From Anaerolineae bacterium (lineage in GTDB: Bacteria; Chloroflexota; Anaerolineae; B4-G1; DUEL01), in contig JAFGEI010000148.1 of NCBI GenBank assembly GCA_016931695.1, positions 11,394 to 75,393 on the forward strand: DNA of 64,000 nucleotides. The letters are read 5' to 3'. Below the pieces are notes generated by a model, which worked only from the letters and a program-made list of their open reading frames with translations, made no database searches and was not told where the DNA came from. Shown in pieces: positions 29,401 through 36,449 of the stretch. A program made the position numbers and the translations under genes. The stretch's first letter is position 1, and the number at the start of each line of letters is the position of its first letter.

Positions 29401-30067
29401 CCTCTGCGGCGTGGCGGCCAAGAGCCGCTTTGTCCCCGTCGTCGGCGAGCCATTGATCGCCGTCTTTCCGCTGCGCCTGGGCGCGGTGCTGAGCCCCGGC
29501 GGGGTGAGTGTGCAGGTGGTGAAGGTTGTCAATGAGGGAACGTCGAATCTGCGCTGGAGCCTGGTCGAGAATCCGGCAGTGCCCTGGTTAGAGGAGGCGC
29601 CGGTCGACGGCGTAACTCCGCCGTTCAGCACCACTGACGTCCTGGTCACTTTTGACGCTGCCGGACTGGGGGGCGGGGTCTATGCGACGGACCTGGAAGT
29701 GCACAGCAATGATCCCGCCGGATTCCCCGTGGAGGTGGACACTGTCCTGACTGTCACGGAAGAGTGTGTTCCCGTCGGCGAGGTGAATTTCGACCATTGG
29801 CCGCCGAACCCCCTGGTGGGAAGGCCGGTGACTTTTACGGCTTCTGCGGCCTACGGCACGTCCCCGGTGCTGTACGTGTGGGATTTTGGCGATTATCAGG
29901 CGGGGGAAGGGGAGGTCGTGTCCCATATTTATGTCGCGGCTGTAACCTATCGCGTTGCCGTGACGGCGACCAACGCATGTGGCAGCGATGGAAGGGCGCG
30001 CTACGTCACAGTCTATGGAAAGCCCATCTATTATCTCTACCTGCCGCTTGTCTCGAGAGTGCCCTGA
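23414..30067 (+). CDS. giant secreted multidomain protein (2217 aa): BNR/sialidase-like beta-propeller, Fn3-like, S8 subtilisin-like protease, 3x DUF11/CARDB-like repeats, 2x PKD domains
   Basis: RBS GGGGGATAGAGAAG then ATG 23414; signal peptide; BNR motifs SVDGGASF/SADGGNSF/SCDGGMSW/SGDGGMTW; S8 triad contexts DTGIDETHPAL, HGTYTTGVMVG, GTSASGPHATALVAL; PKD motifs (WDFGDG..., NLCG/NACG). Confidence 0.8.
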   Translation: MNARRLAGLFVILAALLGFLPVTDAAFVAVSPTPAGEAPAAQIDVNCTLLDDPHTRGMMSFALEQKLLLLCGRLQDSPRGGTAAPVADGEILRSDDVLVNDPAGDVGLSTTQSGTTIAVNPDTGVVCSAYNDSQHWAEGNVSFTGFSRSVDGGASFVDRGPFPIGDGGSSMGLPSLSWRDADGYFYYLSLHTSGLGLWRSTDDCNTFSFYNVIHVGPYDDKAMMVVDNNLASPYYGRFYVAWTDFSDGRIYLIYSDDGIAWSPPLALSVIGADVQGAWPAVAPNGDVYVAWLRWNPYPNGPIAVEMVSSADGGNSFSFASSPMVGQVNPRDSFATALCGRPALNGEIRYAPFPQIAIGPDGCIHAVYSYDPDGFNFGDVVNVYYRRSCDGGMSWSAELQLNQDETGTDQWSPTISVGPTNTVAATWYDRRQDSLGNWWFDYYGAFSGDGGMTWLSDIRITDDSSPVAPLLPNFDPLVLNCYHGDYDQQVQAVDSIYVQWSNDVNVQNLHADPDAWFARYSLAPDFTLEVEPDYHDVCKPDQVFSTISVGSFNGYDEPVTLSESSLPTGVNASFSDNPVFPLPGLSIYTLDVSATTAEGLYTVVISGTSLSLTHRVTLTLAVNSVIPSSATMLTPVDGASELPLVGIVFDWAALPEATAYRFQLDDDPAFGSPEVDAVDVRASEYYVFGPFAPLTTHYWRVSASNGCGEGPFSAPFSFTTQAAACILMVDDDQDLPDVQAYYVGALQNLGYTYDVWDTSTMGDPPLAHLSGYPHVIWATGYPWVDTLNAANEAALAGYLDGGGNLFLSSEDYLFEAGLSPFAQHYLGLASYANDVNYTDPVGNAGAPIGDGLGPYVLVPPAGWPGNFYTDEVAGAQPAPFRWLAAGTDNSTTLISDTYKTAFLAWPLEGLADLAARTEVLSETIAWFGGCSASGYLAGYVRDGEMGGANPPCTTAVVYVEPLGREVPVNMATGYYHASLLPGNYVVEATAPGHSWESAGVTVVDGVTTTQDFELWRPWIEITPTGFVSVTVPMGPPVVGTLWITNYGHLPLDYSIWELPWGGALLSDRPLPAITTLRQERDGAAVVEPQLLAEIAAAGESDFFVWLVERADLSPAHDLATKEQKGWYVFTALTAVAERTQAPLRQYLDRQGVAYEPFYIANKVLVRGGDETLLLNLASRPDVLRITANHIYHLDPSLLGGVPDQGPQPDAVEPNIAFIRADQAWALGYDGTGTVMGNNDTGIDETHPALASHYRGCLDPPACSIWDHNYSWWDATGTYPVNPNDGLGHGTYTTGVMVGDDGGVNQIGVAPGARTIHCKALDDSGGGSDVTLTECFQWDLAPWNLSGDNPNPLLSPDALNNSWGYMNGGAPQFKDEIQALHAAGILVEVASGVEGPSCATLRSPADYWEPLTTGSVDPSTGYPGTISAFSSRGPSMMDSTYWFPDVVAPGENIRSSWLGGGYNSMSGTSASGPHATALVALCWDAAPLLRGHVEETIHVITSTVTPLTGQFGSNCGGDYTTGPNHDWGWGSVDALALAQECFARGGLADLPWVWTNPVSGAVPGPGLQPVDVTVWCTETGELSGTLGIAHNDPCREPVAVPLWIHCVCAHGVNVTPAMDARAGEPGATVVYTLTVVNSGTCTDTFDLTLSGHSWPTIAPTTVGPLAPGAGDSLGVVVEIPVDALCGEWDEAVVTVASHFEPGVAVSSVLTTSAGAVYSVTLDQPADLRWGDPGSDVHYFLIVTNSGNCTDTVNISAAATWPTAVVPAVGPLAPGASAGVDITVTVPADAQCGEWDEATVTFASQADGSISTSSLLTTLANAVAGVAVVPPADSQGGDPGATVTYALALTNTGNCSDTFAIVVSGNLWPTAAPPAVGPLQAQEAHLVGVTVTIPGDALPYEFDVAVVTFSSSQGGKGAYVTSTLTTTVNCEAVSGADFVYTPSLPLAGETVVFTGVVAAGTSPLTYTWDFGDGATGMGAVVSHSYELSGTFYVVVTATNLCGVAAKSRFVPVVGEPLIAVFPLRLGAVLSPGGVSVQVVKVVNEGTSNLRWSLVENPAVPWLEEAPVDGVTPPFSTTDVLVTFDAAGLGGGVYATDLEVHSNDPAGFPVEVDTVLTVTEECVPVGEVNFDHWPPNPLVGRPVTFTASAAYGTSPVLYVWDFGDYQAGEGEVVSHIYVAAVTYRVAVTATNACGSDGRARYVTVYGKPIYYLYLPLVSRVP
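28236..29195 (+). repeat. three tandem ~320-bp in-frame repeats (about 105-aa DUF11/CARDB-like modules) inside the giant protein gene
   Basis: Repeated protein pattern Y.L.V.NSGNCTDTF...WPT..P..VGPLAPGA...V.V..P.DA.CGEWDEA.VT.AS... Confidence 0.7.
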
Positions 30068-30123
30068 TGGCGCATAGTGCCTTAAGGTTTTATCTGAATC
30101 GTGGAAATAGGAGGTGTGGTAAC

Positions 30124-30522
30124 ATGCTGGATATTTCAATACCTCGGGAGTGTGTCTATCAGCAGTTTGACGCGCATCCAGGCCCTTGCCCCCGCTGCGG
30201 CAGCGACCTGGAGGTTCAAAAAGCAACCTACCTGGTAACGACGCGAGATGAGGAACGGATGACGGACAGCTTTATCGTCGAGAACGACATGGGCTGGTTC
30301 TGCAGACAGTGCCCAACCCTGGTCGTCGACCCCCGCCGGGTGAGCGAGTTTTTGCTGCGCCAAAAGGCCGAGGCGGACATTGGGCGGGAATTTGCCGTGG
30401 TGGGGCTCGTGGGCCTGGAGGTGATCCCAGAGGAGCGGAAGGAGCTCCCGCTGGGCACGGACGAAAATCCCATCCCCTTGGTCTGGTTCACCAACATTCC
30501 CCGCGGGACAATGCCCGATTAG
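30124..30522 (+). CDS. small hypothetical protein (132 aa) with CxxC...CxxC zinc-ribbon-like motif
   Basis: RBS GGAGG 8 nt upstream of ATG 30124; CPRCGS ... CRQCP; sits immediately upstream of the glycyl-radical enzyme pair. Confidence 0.45.
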   Translation: MLDISIPRECVYQQFDAHPGPCPRCGSDLEVQKATYLVTTRDEERMTDSFIVENDMGWFCRQCPTLVVDPRRVSEFLLRQKAEADIGREFAVVGLVGLEVIPEERKELPLGTDENPIPLVWFTNIPRGTMPD

Positions 30523-30564
30523 GCGGTCTGACAGTACAGTACGTTAGGCTGTGAGGATGTAGGG

Positions 30565-31497
30565 ATGAGCGCCTTCTGTGAGGGGGCGCTTTTCTCTGTC
30601 TTGCCGATGGGTGGCATCATATTCGATATCAAGCGTTTCTCCGTTCACGACGGCCCGGGTATCCGTACGACGGTCTTTTTCAAGGGCTGTCCGTTGCGCT
30701 GTCAGTGGTGTCACAATCCGGAAAGCCAGCGCGTGCGGCGAGAGTTGATGGTGTGGAGGGAGCGCTGTATTGGATGTGGGGCCTGCGTCTCTCTCTGCGA
30801 GCAAGGTGTGGCGGTGCCGGATAGAGTGAGGGGGGAGGGCTGTATTCTCTGTGGGCAGTGTGTTGATGGTTGTTACGCCGAGGCGAGGCAGATGGTAGGG
30901 CGGGAAATGTCTGTCCAGGAAGTGATGGCGGAGGTGGAGCGGGATATCGCTTTCTACGACGAATCGGGTGGGGGGGTGACTTTTTCCGGCGGTGAGCCGC
31001 TGCTGCAGCCCACGTTTCTGTATGCCCTTTTGCAGGCCTGCCAGGCAAAGGAGATTCACACCGCCGTGGATACCTGCGGCTGGGCGGACTGGGCGGTTCT
31101 GGATTGCGTGCGTCCCCACGTCGACCTTTTTCTGTACGATCTCAAGTTGATCGACGAGGTCGCCCACCGGCGGTGGACCGGGCGCTCGAACGACCGGATT
31201 CTGGACAACCTGCGGCGGCTTTCGGCTTTCGGCCAGCGGATAATCCTTCGCGTAGCCATTGTACCCACGATCAACGACGACGCCCAGTCTGTCCGGCAAA
31301 TTGGCAGCTTTGCCGCCAAATTGCCCGGCCTGGAGCGAGTTGACCTCTTGCCCTACCATCGGGCAGGAGCGGAAAAATACACCCGTCTCGCCCGCGATTT
31401 TTCTTTGCCCGGGATTCGTCCGCCGACAAAGGAGAAAATGGCCGAGATTGCGCGAGTTTTTACGGCATTGGGACTGCAGGTCAAGGTGGGAGGCTGA
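30565..31497 (+). CDS. glycyl-radical enzyme activating enzyme (radical SAM, with two extra ferredoxin-like 4Fe-4S motifs)
   Basis: CPLRCQWCHNPES radical-SAM CxxxCxxC; CIGCGACVSLC and CILCGQCVDGC clusters; GGEPLLQ SAM motif. Confidence 0.85.
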   Translation: MSAFCEGALFSVLPMGGIIFDIKRFSVHDGPGIRTTVFFKGCPLRCQWCHNPESQRVRRELMVWRERCIGCGACVSLCEQGVAVPDRVRGEGCILCGQCVDGCYAEARQMVGREMSVQEVMAEVERDIAFYDESGGGVTFSGGEPLLQPTFLYALLQACQAKEIHTAVDTCGWADWAVLDCVRPHVDLFLYDLKLIDEVAHRRWTGRSNDRILDNLRRLSAFGQRIILRVAIVPTINDDAQSVRQIGSFAAKLPGLERVDLLPYHRAGAEKYTRLARDFSLPGIRPPTKEKMAEIARVFTALGLQVKVGG

Positions 31498-31499
31498 AC

Positions 31500-33866
31500 A
31501 TGGCGATGACTGAACGGGTTGCCCGGCTGCGGCAGCAGAGTTTGGATGCTGTCCCCTCGATCTCTGCCGAGAGGGCGCGCTTGATGACCGAGTTTTACCA
31601 GCAGAGCCAGGGGCTATGCTCTGCTCCAGTGCGGCGGGCTTGGGCCTTCCGGTATCTGCTGGAGCACAAGGCGATTTATATCGGCGAGGGGGAGCTGATT
31701 GTCGGCGAGAAGGGAAATGTCCCCAAGGCGACGCCGACGTATCCCGAACTTTGCTGCCACAGCCTGGCGGATCTCGAAATCCTGCACTCGCGGGGGAAAA
31801 TTCCCTTTGCTGTCAGCCCTGAAACCCGGCAGCTCTATGCCGATGTCGTGATTCCCTTCTGGCGAGGACGCTCGATGCGCGATCTCATCTTTGACGAGAT
31901 GGCCGACGGATGGAAAGCGGCCTATGAGGCGGGGGTCTTTACCGAGTTCATGGAGCAGCGCTCGCCAGGCCACACGGTCCTGGATGACAAGATCTATTAC
32001 ATGGGACTGCTCGATTTCCAGCAAAAGATTGACGCCAGCCTGGCAGGATTGGATTATCTCAATGACCCTGAGGCGTACGCAAAGCAGGAGCAGCTCAAGG
32101 CAATGCGCGTCGCGGCTGGGGCGCTGATTCGCTTTGCCAAACGGCACGCGGAGGGGGCGCGGGAATTGGCGCGGCAGGAAAAGGACCCGCAGCGCAAGCG
32201 GGAGCTGGAGAAAATTGCTGCTGTCTGCTCTCGCGTCCCCGTCCACGCCCCACGCGGCTTTTGGGAGGCGCTGCAATATTACTGGTTCGTCCACCTGGGT
32301 GTGACAATAGAGCTGAATCCCTGGGACGCCTTTTGCCCGGGCCGCCTGGACCAGCACCTCTACCCCTTCTACGAGCGGGGTCTGGCGGATGGAACCCTGA
32401 CTCGTGACTATGCGGAGGAATTGTTGCAATGCCTCTGGATCAAGTTCAACAACCAGCCCGCTCCCCCCAAGGTGGGGGTTACCGCGGCCGAGAGCAGTAC
32501 CTACACCGATTTTGCCCAGATCAATACCGGCGGCCTGCGGGCTGACGGCTCTGACGGCGTCAACCCTGTCACATATCTACTATTGGACGTCATTGAGGAG
32601 ATGCGGCTGCTGCAGCCGAGTTCGTCGGTCCAGGTGAGCAAAAAGAGCCCCGATCGCTTTCTCAAGCGGGCGGCGCGCATTATCCGTACTGGTTTTGGCC
32701 AGCCCGCGATCTTTAATGCCGACCTGATCGTTCAAGAGTTGATCCGCCAGGGCAAGTCTGTTGCCGACGCGCGCAATGGTGGCTCCAGCGGCTGTGTCGA
32801 GGTGGGGGCTTTTGGCAAGGAGAACTATAATCTGACTGGCTACTTTAACATGCCCAAGGTGCTCGAGATCACGCTCCACAACGGCGTCGATCCGCGAACG
32901 GGCCGCCAGCTGGGCCTCGAGACCGGGGATCCGCGCCAGTTTGCTTCCTTTGCAGACCTGTTCGGCGCTTTTGTGCGGCAGTTGAACTACTTTATCGAGA
33001 TCAAGGTGCGCGGCAACAACGTCATCGAGCGGCTCTATGCTCGCTACATGCCGGCCCCATTTCTCTCGCTGATGATCGACGACTGTATCGCACGGGGAAA
33101 AGACTATCACGACGGCGGTGCGCGCTACAACACGACGTATATCCAGGGGGTGGGGTTGGGCACGGTGACCGATGCCTTGACGGCGATCAAATACCATGTT
33201 TTCGATCGGCGGGCGCTCTCGATGGACGAGCTGCTGGCGGCCCTGCAGGGCGATTTCGCCGGGCACGAACGAATGCGCCAGATGCTGCTGAATCGGACGC
33301 CCCGCTATGGCAACGACGATGATTACGCCGACGCGGTGATGCAAGCCGTTTTCGAGGCCTATTACCAGGCGGTCGATGGCCGGCCCAATACCAAGGGCGG
33401 CACGTATCACGTCAACCTGCTGCCGACCACGGTCCACATCTATTTCGGCTCGGTCACTGGCGCAACTCCGGACGGCCGGCGGGGTGGGGCGCCGCTCTCT
33501 GAAGGCGTCTCGCCGGTCCAGGGGGCCGACCGGAAAGGGCCGACGGCAGTGATCCGTTCCGTAGCCAAGATGGATCACGCCCGCACGGGCGGCACGCTGC
33601 TGAACCAAAAGTTTACCCCGGCGCTGCTGCAGGACGAGGACGGCCTGGACAAGCTGGCCCAGTTGGTGCGCACCTACTTCAAGCTGGATGGCCACCACGT
33701 TCAATTCAACGTCGTCGATGCCGCTACGCTGCGTGCGGCAAAAGAGAACCCGGAGCGGTACCGCGACCTGATCGTGCGGGTGGCGGGTTACAGCGACTAT
33801 TTCTGCAATCTCGGCGAGGCGCTGCAGGACGAGATCATCGCCCGAACGGAGCACGAGTCATTCTAG
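31500..33866 (+). CDS. glycyl radical enzyme, PFL2/glycerol-dehydratase-like family, substrate unknown
   Basis: 788 aa; C-terminal glycyl-radical motif RVAGYSDYF; active-site region GSSGCVEVG; PFL-fold length. Confidence 0.85.
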   Translation: MAMTERVARLRQQSLDAVPSISAERARLMTEFYQQSQGLCSAPVRRAWAFRYLLEHKAIYIGEGELIVGEKGNVPKATPTYPELCCHSLADLEILHSRGKIPFAVSPETRQLYADVVIPFWRGRSMRDLIFDEMADGWKAAYEAGVFTEFMEQRSPGHTVLDDKIYYMGLLDFQQKIDASLAGLDYLNDPEAYAKQEQLKAMRVAAGALIRFAKRHAEGARELARQEKDPQRKRELEKIAAVCSRVPVHAPRGFWEALQYYWFVHLGVTIELNPWDAFCPGRLDQHLYPFYERGLADGTLTRDYAEELLQCLWIKFNNQPAPPKVGVTAAESSTYTDFAQINTGGLRADGSDGVNPVTYLLLDVIEEMRLLQPSSSVQVSKKSPDRFLKRAARIIRTGFGQPAIFNADLIVQELIRQGKSVADARNGGSSGCVEVGAFGKENYNLTGYFNMPKVLEITLHNGVDPRTGRQLGLETGDPRQFASFADLFGAFVRQLNYFIEIKVRGNNVIERLYARYMPAPFLSLMIDDCIARGKDYHDGGARYNTTYIQGVGLGTVTDALTAIKYHVFDRRALSMDELLAALQGDFAGHERMRQMLLNRTPRYGNDDDYADAVMQAVFEAYYQAVDGRPNTKGGTYHVNLLPTTVHIYFGSVTGATPDGRRGGAPLSEGVSPVQGADRKGPTAVIRSVAKMDHARTGGTLLNQKFTPALLQDEDGLDKLAQLVRTYFKLDGHHVQFNVVDAATLRAAKENPERYRDLIVRVAGYSDYFCNLGEALQDEIIARTEHESF

Positions 33867-36428
33867 TGGCGCGCCGTATAGTGCCGTATAGATTGCATAA
33901 TGCTCGCGGATGAGCTTGAGATACAATTGGGTCTCTCGAAAGCCGATCGTTTCCAGGAACAGGTCGGGGTCTCCTCCTGCCGCTTCTAGCCAGCGCGCAG
34001 CGTTGGTCGGCCCGCCGTTGTACCCGGCCAGGGTGGCGTGCAGCTGTCCGGCGAAGCGATCCTGCTGCTCCGCCAGGTACCAGGTGCCAAAGCGGATGCT
34101 GACGTAGGGGCGGTAGAGGTCGTCGGTCTCGTAATCCGGTGGCCATCCCAACTGCCCGGCGATGTAGGCACCGGTGGAAGGGATCACCTGCATCAGGCCG
34201 TGGGCGTAGGCCCACGAGGTGGCAAACCCCTCGAACAGGCTCTCCTGGCGGATGAGGGCGAATACGAGCAAGGGTGGCAGGTCTTGCTCCATGGCGTTGG
34301 ATAGAACCAGTTCTGCGTAGTGGGTGGGGTAGGCCAGGCGGGCCAGGAAAGGTGGGGCGTCAAGGGTGGATGCGGCGGGGGAGAGGGCAATCAGGTTGCT
34401 GGCGGCAATGATAGAGGAGCGGTAGAGCCCGATGTCGCGGTAGAGAAGGGCCAGGCGGTACTGGGCCAGTGGATCGTCCGCCGTGGCGCGGCGGAGGTTT
34501 TCCAGCTCGTTCCGCGCCGCCTCCCACTGTCCCAACCGCCACAGCTCCAGACCACGCTGCAGGCGCGGGTCGTCCTGCAGCGTGGCGTCCAACTCCCCAA
34601 CGCGGCTGCCGGAGGCCAGGCCGAGCCAGCTTGCCAGCCACGCTTCGGCCGCCGCCTGTTCGGCGGCGAGGTCGGCAGGGGGCGCATAGCTTGCCGGCCG
34701 GAAAGGTGGCGCAAATGGGTCTTGCAGCATGTCAGCAGCACGCAGGCCATAGTAGCCGAGCGGATCGATGCGCGCGGCCTGGCTAAAGGCCGCGGTCGCC
34801 GAGATGGTATCCCCGGCCGCCAGGCGTGCTTTGCCCAGCCAGAGGTAGGCTGCACTGCTGTGCTCCGAGCTGGGATATTGCTCCACCAGGGCCTGCCAGT
34901 CGCTTACCGCCCGCGCAGTCTCGCCCCGCCGGTAGTGGTAGAGGCCAGCGCGAAAGAGGGCCTGCGCGGCATAGTCGGAGGCGGGATAGGCCGCCTGACA
35001 GCTTTCATAGGCGGCGGCAGCGTCATGGTCCTGGCTGCGTTCCAGGGCCTGAGCGGCTGACCACAGGGACTCGGCGGCGAGGGGATGGCTGGGGGCGGTT
35101 TGGGCAAAATTTGCATAGACCTGGACCGCGCCGCCGATGTCTCCTTGTTCCTCCAGCGATTTCCCCCAGTGCAGCCAGGCCTCGCCCCAAAACGGGCTCT
35201 CCGGGTGGGTTTCGACCAGGGTGCGGAACTGGTAGGCGGCCAGGGCGGGGGACCCTGCCTCCAGGTGGGCCAGCCCGGCATAGTAGTGGGCGTCGCCCGA
35301 GTGGCTCTCGCTCGATTCGATGTAGCGGTACAGGGCGGCGACCGCCGGGCTGTAGGCGCCGGCGTGGTAGTCGACGATGCCGCGGGTCAGGTCGTCTACC
35401 GGCACGCCGGCACCGACCAGCACGACGAGCGACTGGTAGGCCCACGGGCTGGCAGGATACTCCAGGACGATCTCCAGGTGCCGGGCGTAGCCCGCTTCCA
35501 CCTGTCCGGCAAGGATCGCCGTCTCGGCCGCCAGGTGACCGATGCGGGCGCGGTAATCGGCAATGCGGGCCTGGGCCAGGATGGCATCGTATTGCTCCAG
35601 GGCGGCGGCGAAATCTCCCTCTGCCGCGTGGAGCAGGCCGATCTTTTCCCGCACGCCGACCTCGAGGGAGAGGTCTGGCGCACTGTCGACGGCGACGCGG
35701 TAAGCATTCAGCGCGCTGTCCAACTCCCCCGCCGCTTGCAGGGCGTCTCCCAGCCATTCGTGGACGTAGGGGCCGATTGCGGTTCCGCCCTTCAGATAGA
35801 GCTGGTACTGCCAGGCGGCGCCCGCGGCATTGCCCGTTTCCATCAATGCCTCGGCGTGGAGAAAATGGGCCGCGTGAGCTTGCTCCGAATCGGGGTAGCG
35901 CTCGTCCAGTTCTTGGAAGGCGTCGGCAGCCTGGTCGTAGGCCTGGTCGAGCAAATAGGTCTGGCCGAGGGCGAGCAGTGCCTGGGCGCCGAGCTGTGCG
36001 TCGCTCGAGATTGCCAGCGCGGCCTGGAGGGCCAGAGTGGCGCCATCGATGTCGCCGACGAACAGCGCCGCTTCGCCAAGCTGCAACAGGTCGGCGGGCA
36101 CCGGCGTCGGCGTTGGAGTGGGAGAGGGCGTTGCAGTGGGTGTGGGTGTTGCAGTTGGCGACGGGCTGGGGGGCGTGGTTGCGCTGGGTGACGGCGTGGC
36201 GCCGGGCAAGGTTGCGGGCACGGGGATGCAGGAGGCCGTGCTGATTGAGGAGGCCAGCAGCACAGCCAAAACAGCGAGGATGGGCGGGCGCCGTTTTCCA
36301 TTGTCGCGCAAATGATCGGGAGACGGGTTCTTCACGTCCCAAATGGTAATTGAAATCTGGTGTTCTGTCAAATTGGATTGCTTTCTCGCTTCCCGCATGT
36401 TATACTCTACAGTGGCATGATCGACCAC
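33858..36428 (-). CDS. secreted TPR-repeat protein with C-terminal SLT-domain lytic transglycosylase
   Basis: N-terminal hydrophobic segment, PT/PS-rich linker, multiple TPR-like Ala-rich repeats, C-terminal SLT motifs (IRQESLFEGFATSWAYAHGLMQVIPSTG, AGYNGGPTNAARW); start could instead be the internal ATG at 36398; its 3' end overlaps the GRE stop by 9 nt. Confidence 0.7.
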   Translation of the reverse strand: MVDHATVEYNMREARKQSNLTEHQISITIWDVKNPSPDHLRDNGKRRPPILAVLAVLLASSISTASCIPVPATLPGATPSPSATTPPSPSPTATPTPTATPSPTPTPTPVPADLLQLGEAALFVGDIDGATLALQAALAISSDAQLGAQALLALGQTYLLDQAYDQAADAFQELDERYPDSEQAHAAHFLHAEALMETGNAAGAAWQYQLYLKGGTAIGPYVHEWLGDALQAAGELDSALNAYRVAVDSAPDLSLEVGVREKIGLLHAAEGDFAAALEQYDAILAQARIADYRARIGHLAAETAILAGQVEAGYARHLEIVLEYPASPWAYQSLVVLVGAGVPVDDLTRGIVDYHAGAYSPAVAALYRYIESSESHSGDAHYYAGLAHLEAGSPALAAYQFRTLVETHPESPFWGEAWLHWGKSLEEQGDIGGAVQVYANFAQTAPSHPLAAESLWSAAQALERSQDHDAAAAYESCQAAYPASDYAAQALFRAGLYHYRRGETARAVSDWQALVEQYPSSEHSSAAYLWLGKARLAAGDTISATAAFSQAARIDPLGYYGLRAADMLQDPFAPPFRPASYAPPADLAAEQAAAEAWLASWLGLASGSRVGELDATLQDDPRLQRGLELWRLGQWEAARNELENLRRATADDPLAQYRLALLYRDIGLYRSSIIAASNLIALSPAASTLDAPPFLARLAYPTHYAELVLSNAMEQDLPPLLVFALIRQESLFEGFATSWAYAHGLMQVIPSTGAYIAGQLGWPPDYETDDLYRPYVSIRFGTWYLAEQQDRFAGQLHATLAGYNGGPTNAARWLEAAGGDPDLFLETIGFRETQLYLKLIREHYAIYTALYGAPLE

Positions 36429-36449
36429 AGCGTGGTGTAGGGGGAATCA

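Noticed and set aside
34826-36244. 472-aa plus-strand Arg/Pro/Gly-rich ORF and overlapping 35085-36191 ORF
   Set aside because: They are antisense to the TPR-SLT transglycosylase gene, whose C-terminal SLT motifs are unambiguous. The sequence is low-complexity and implausible as a protein.
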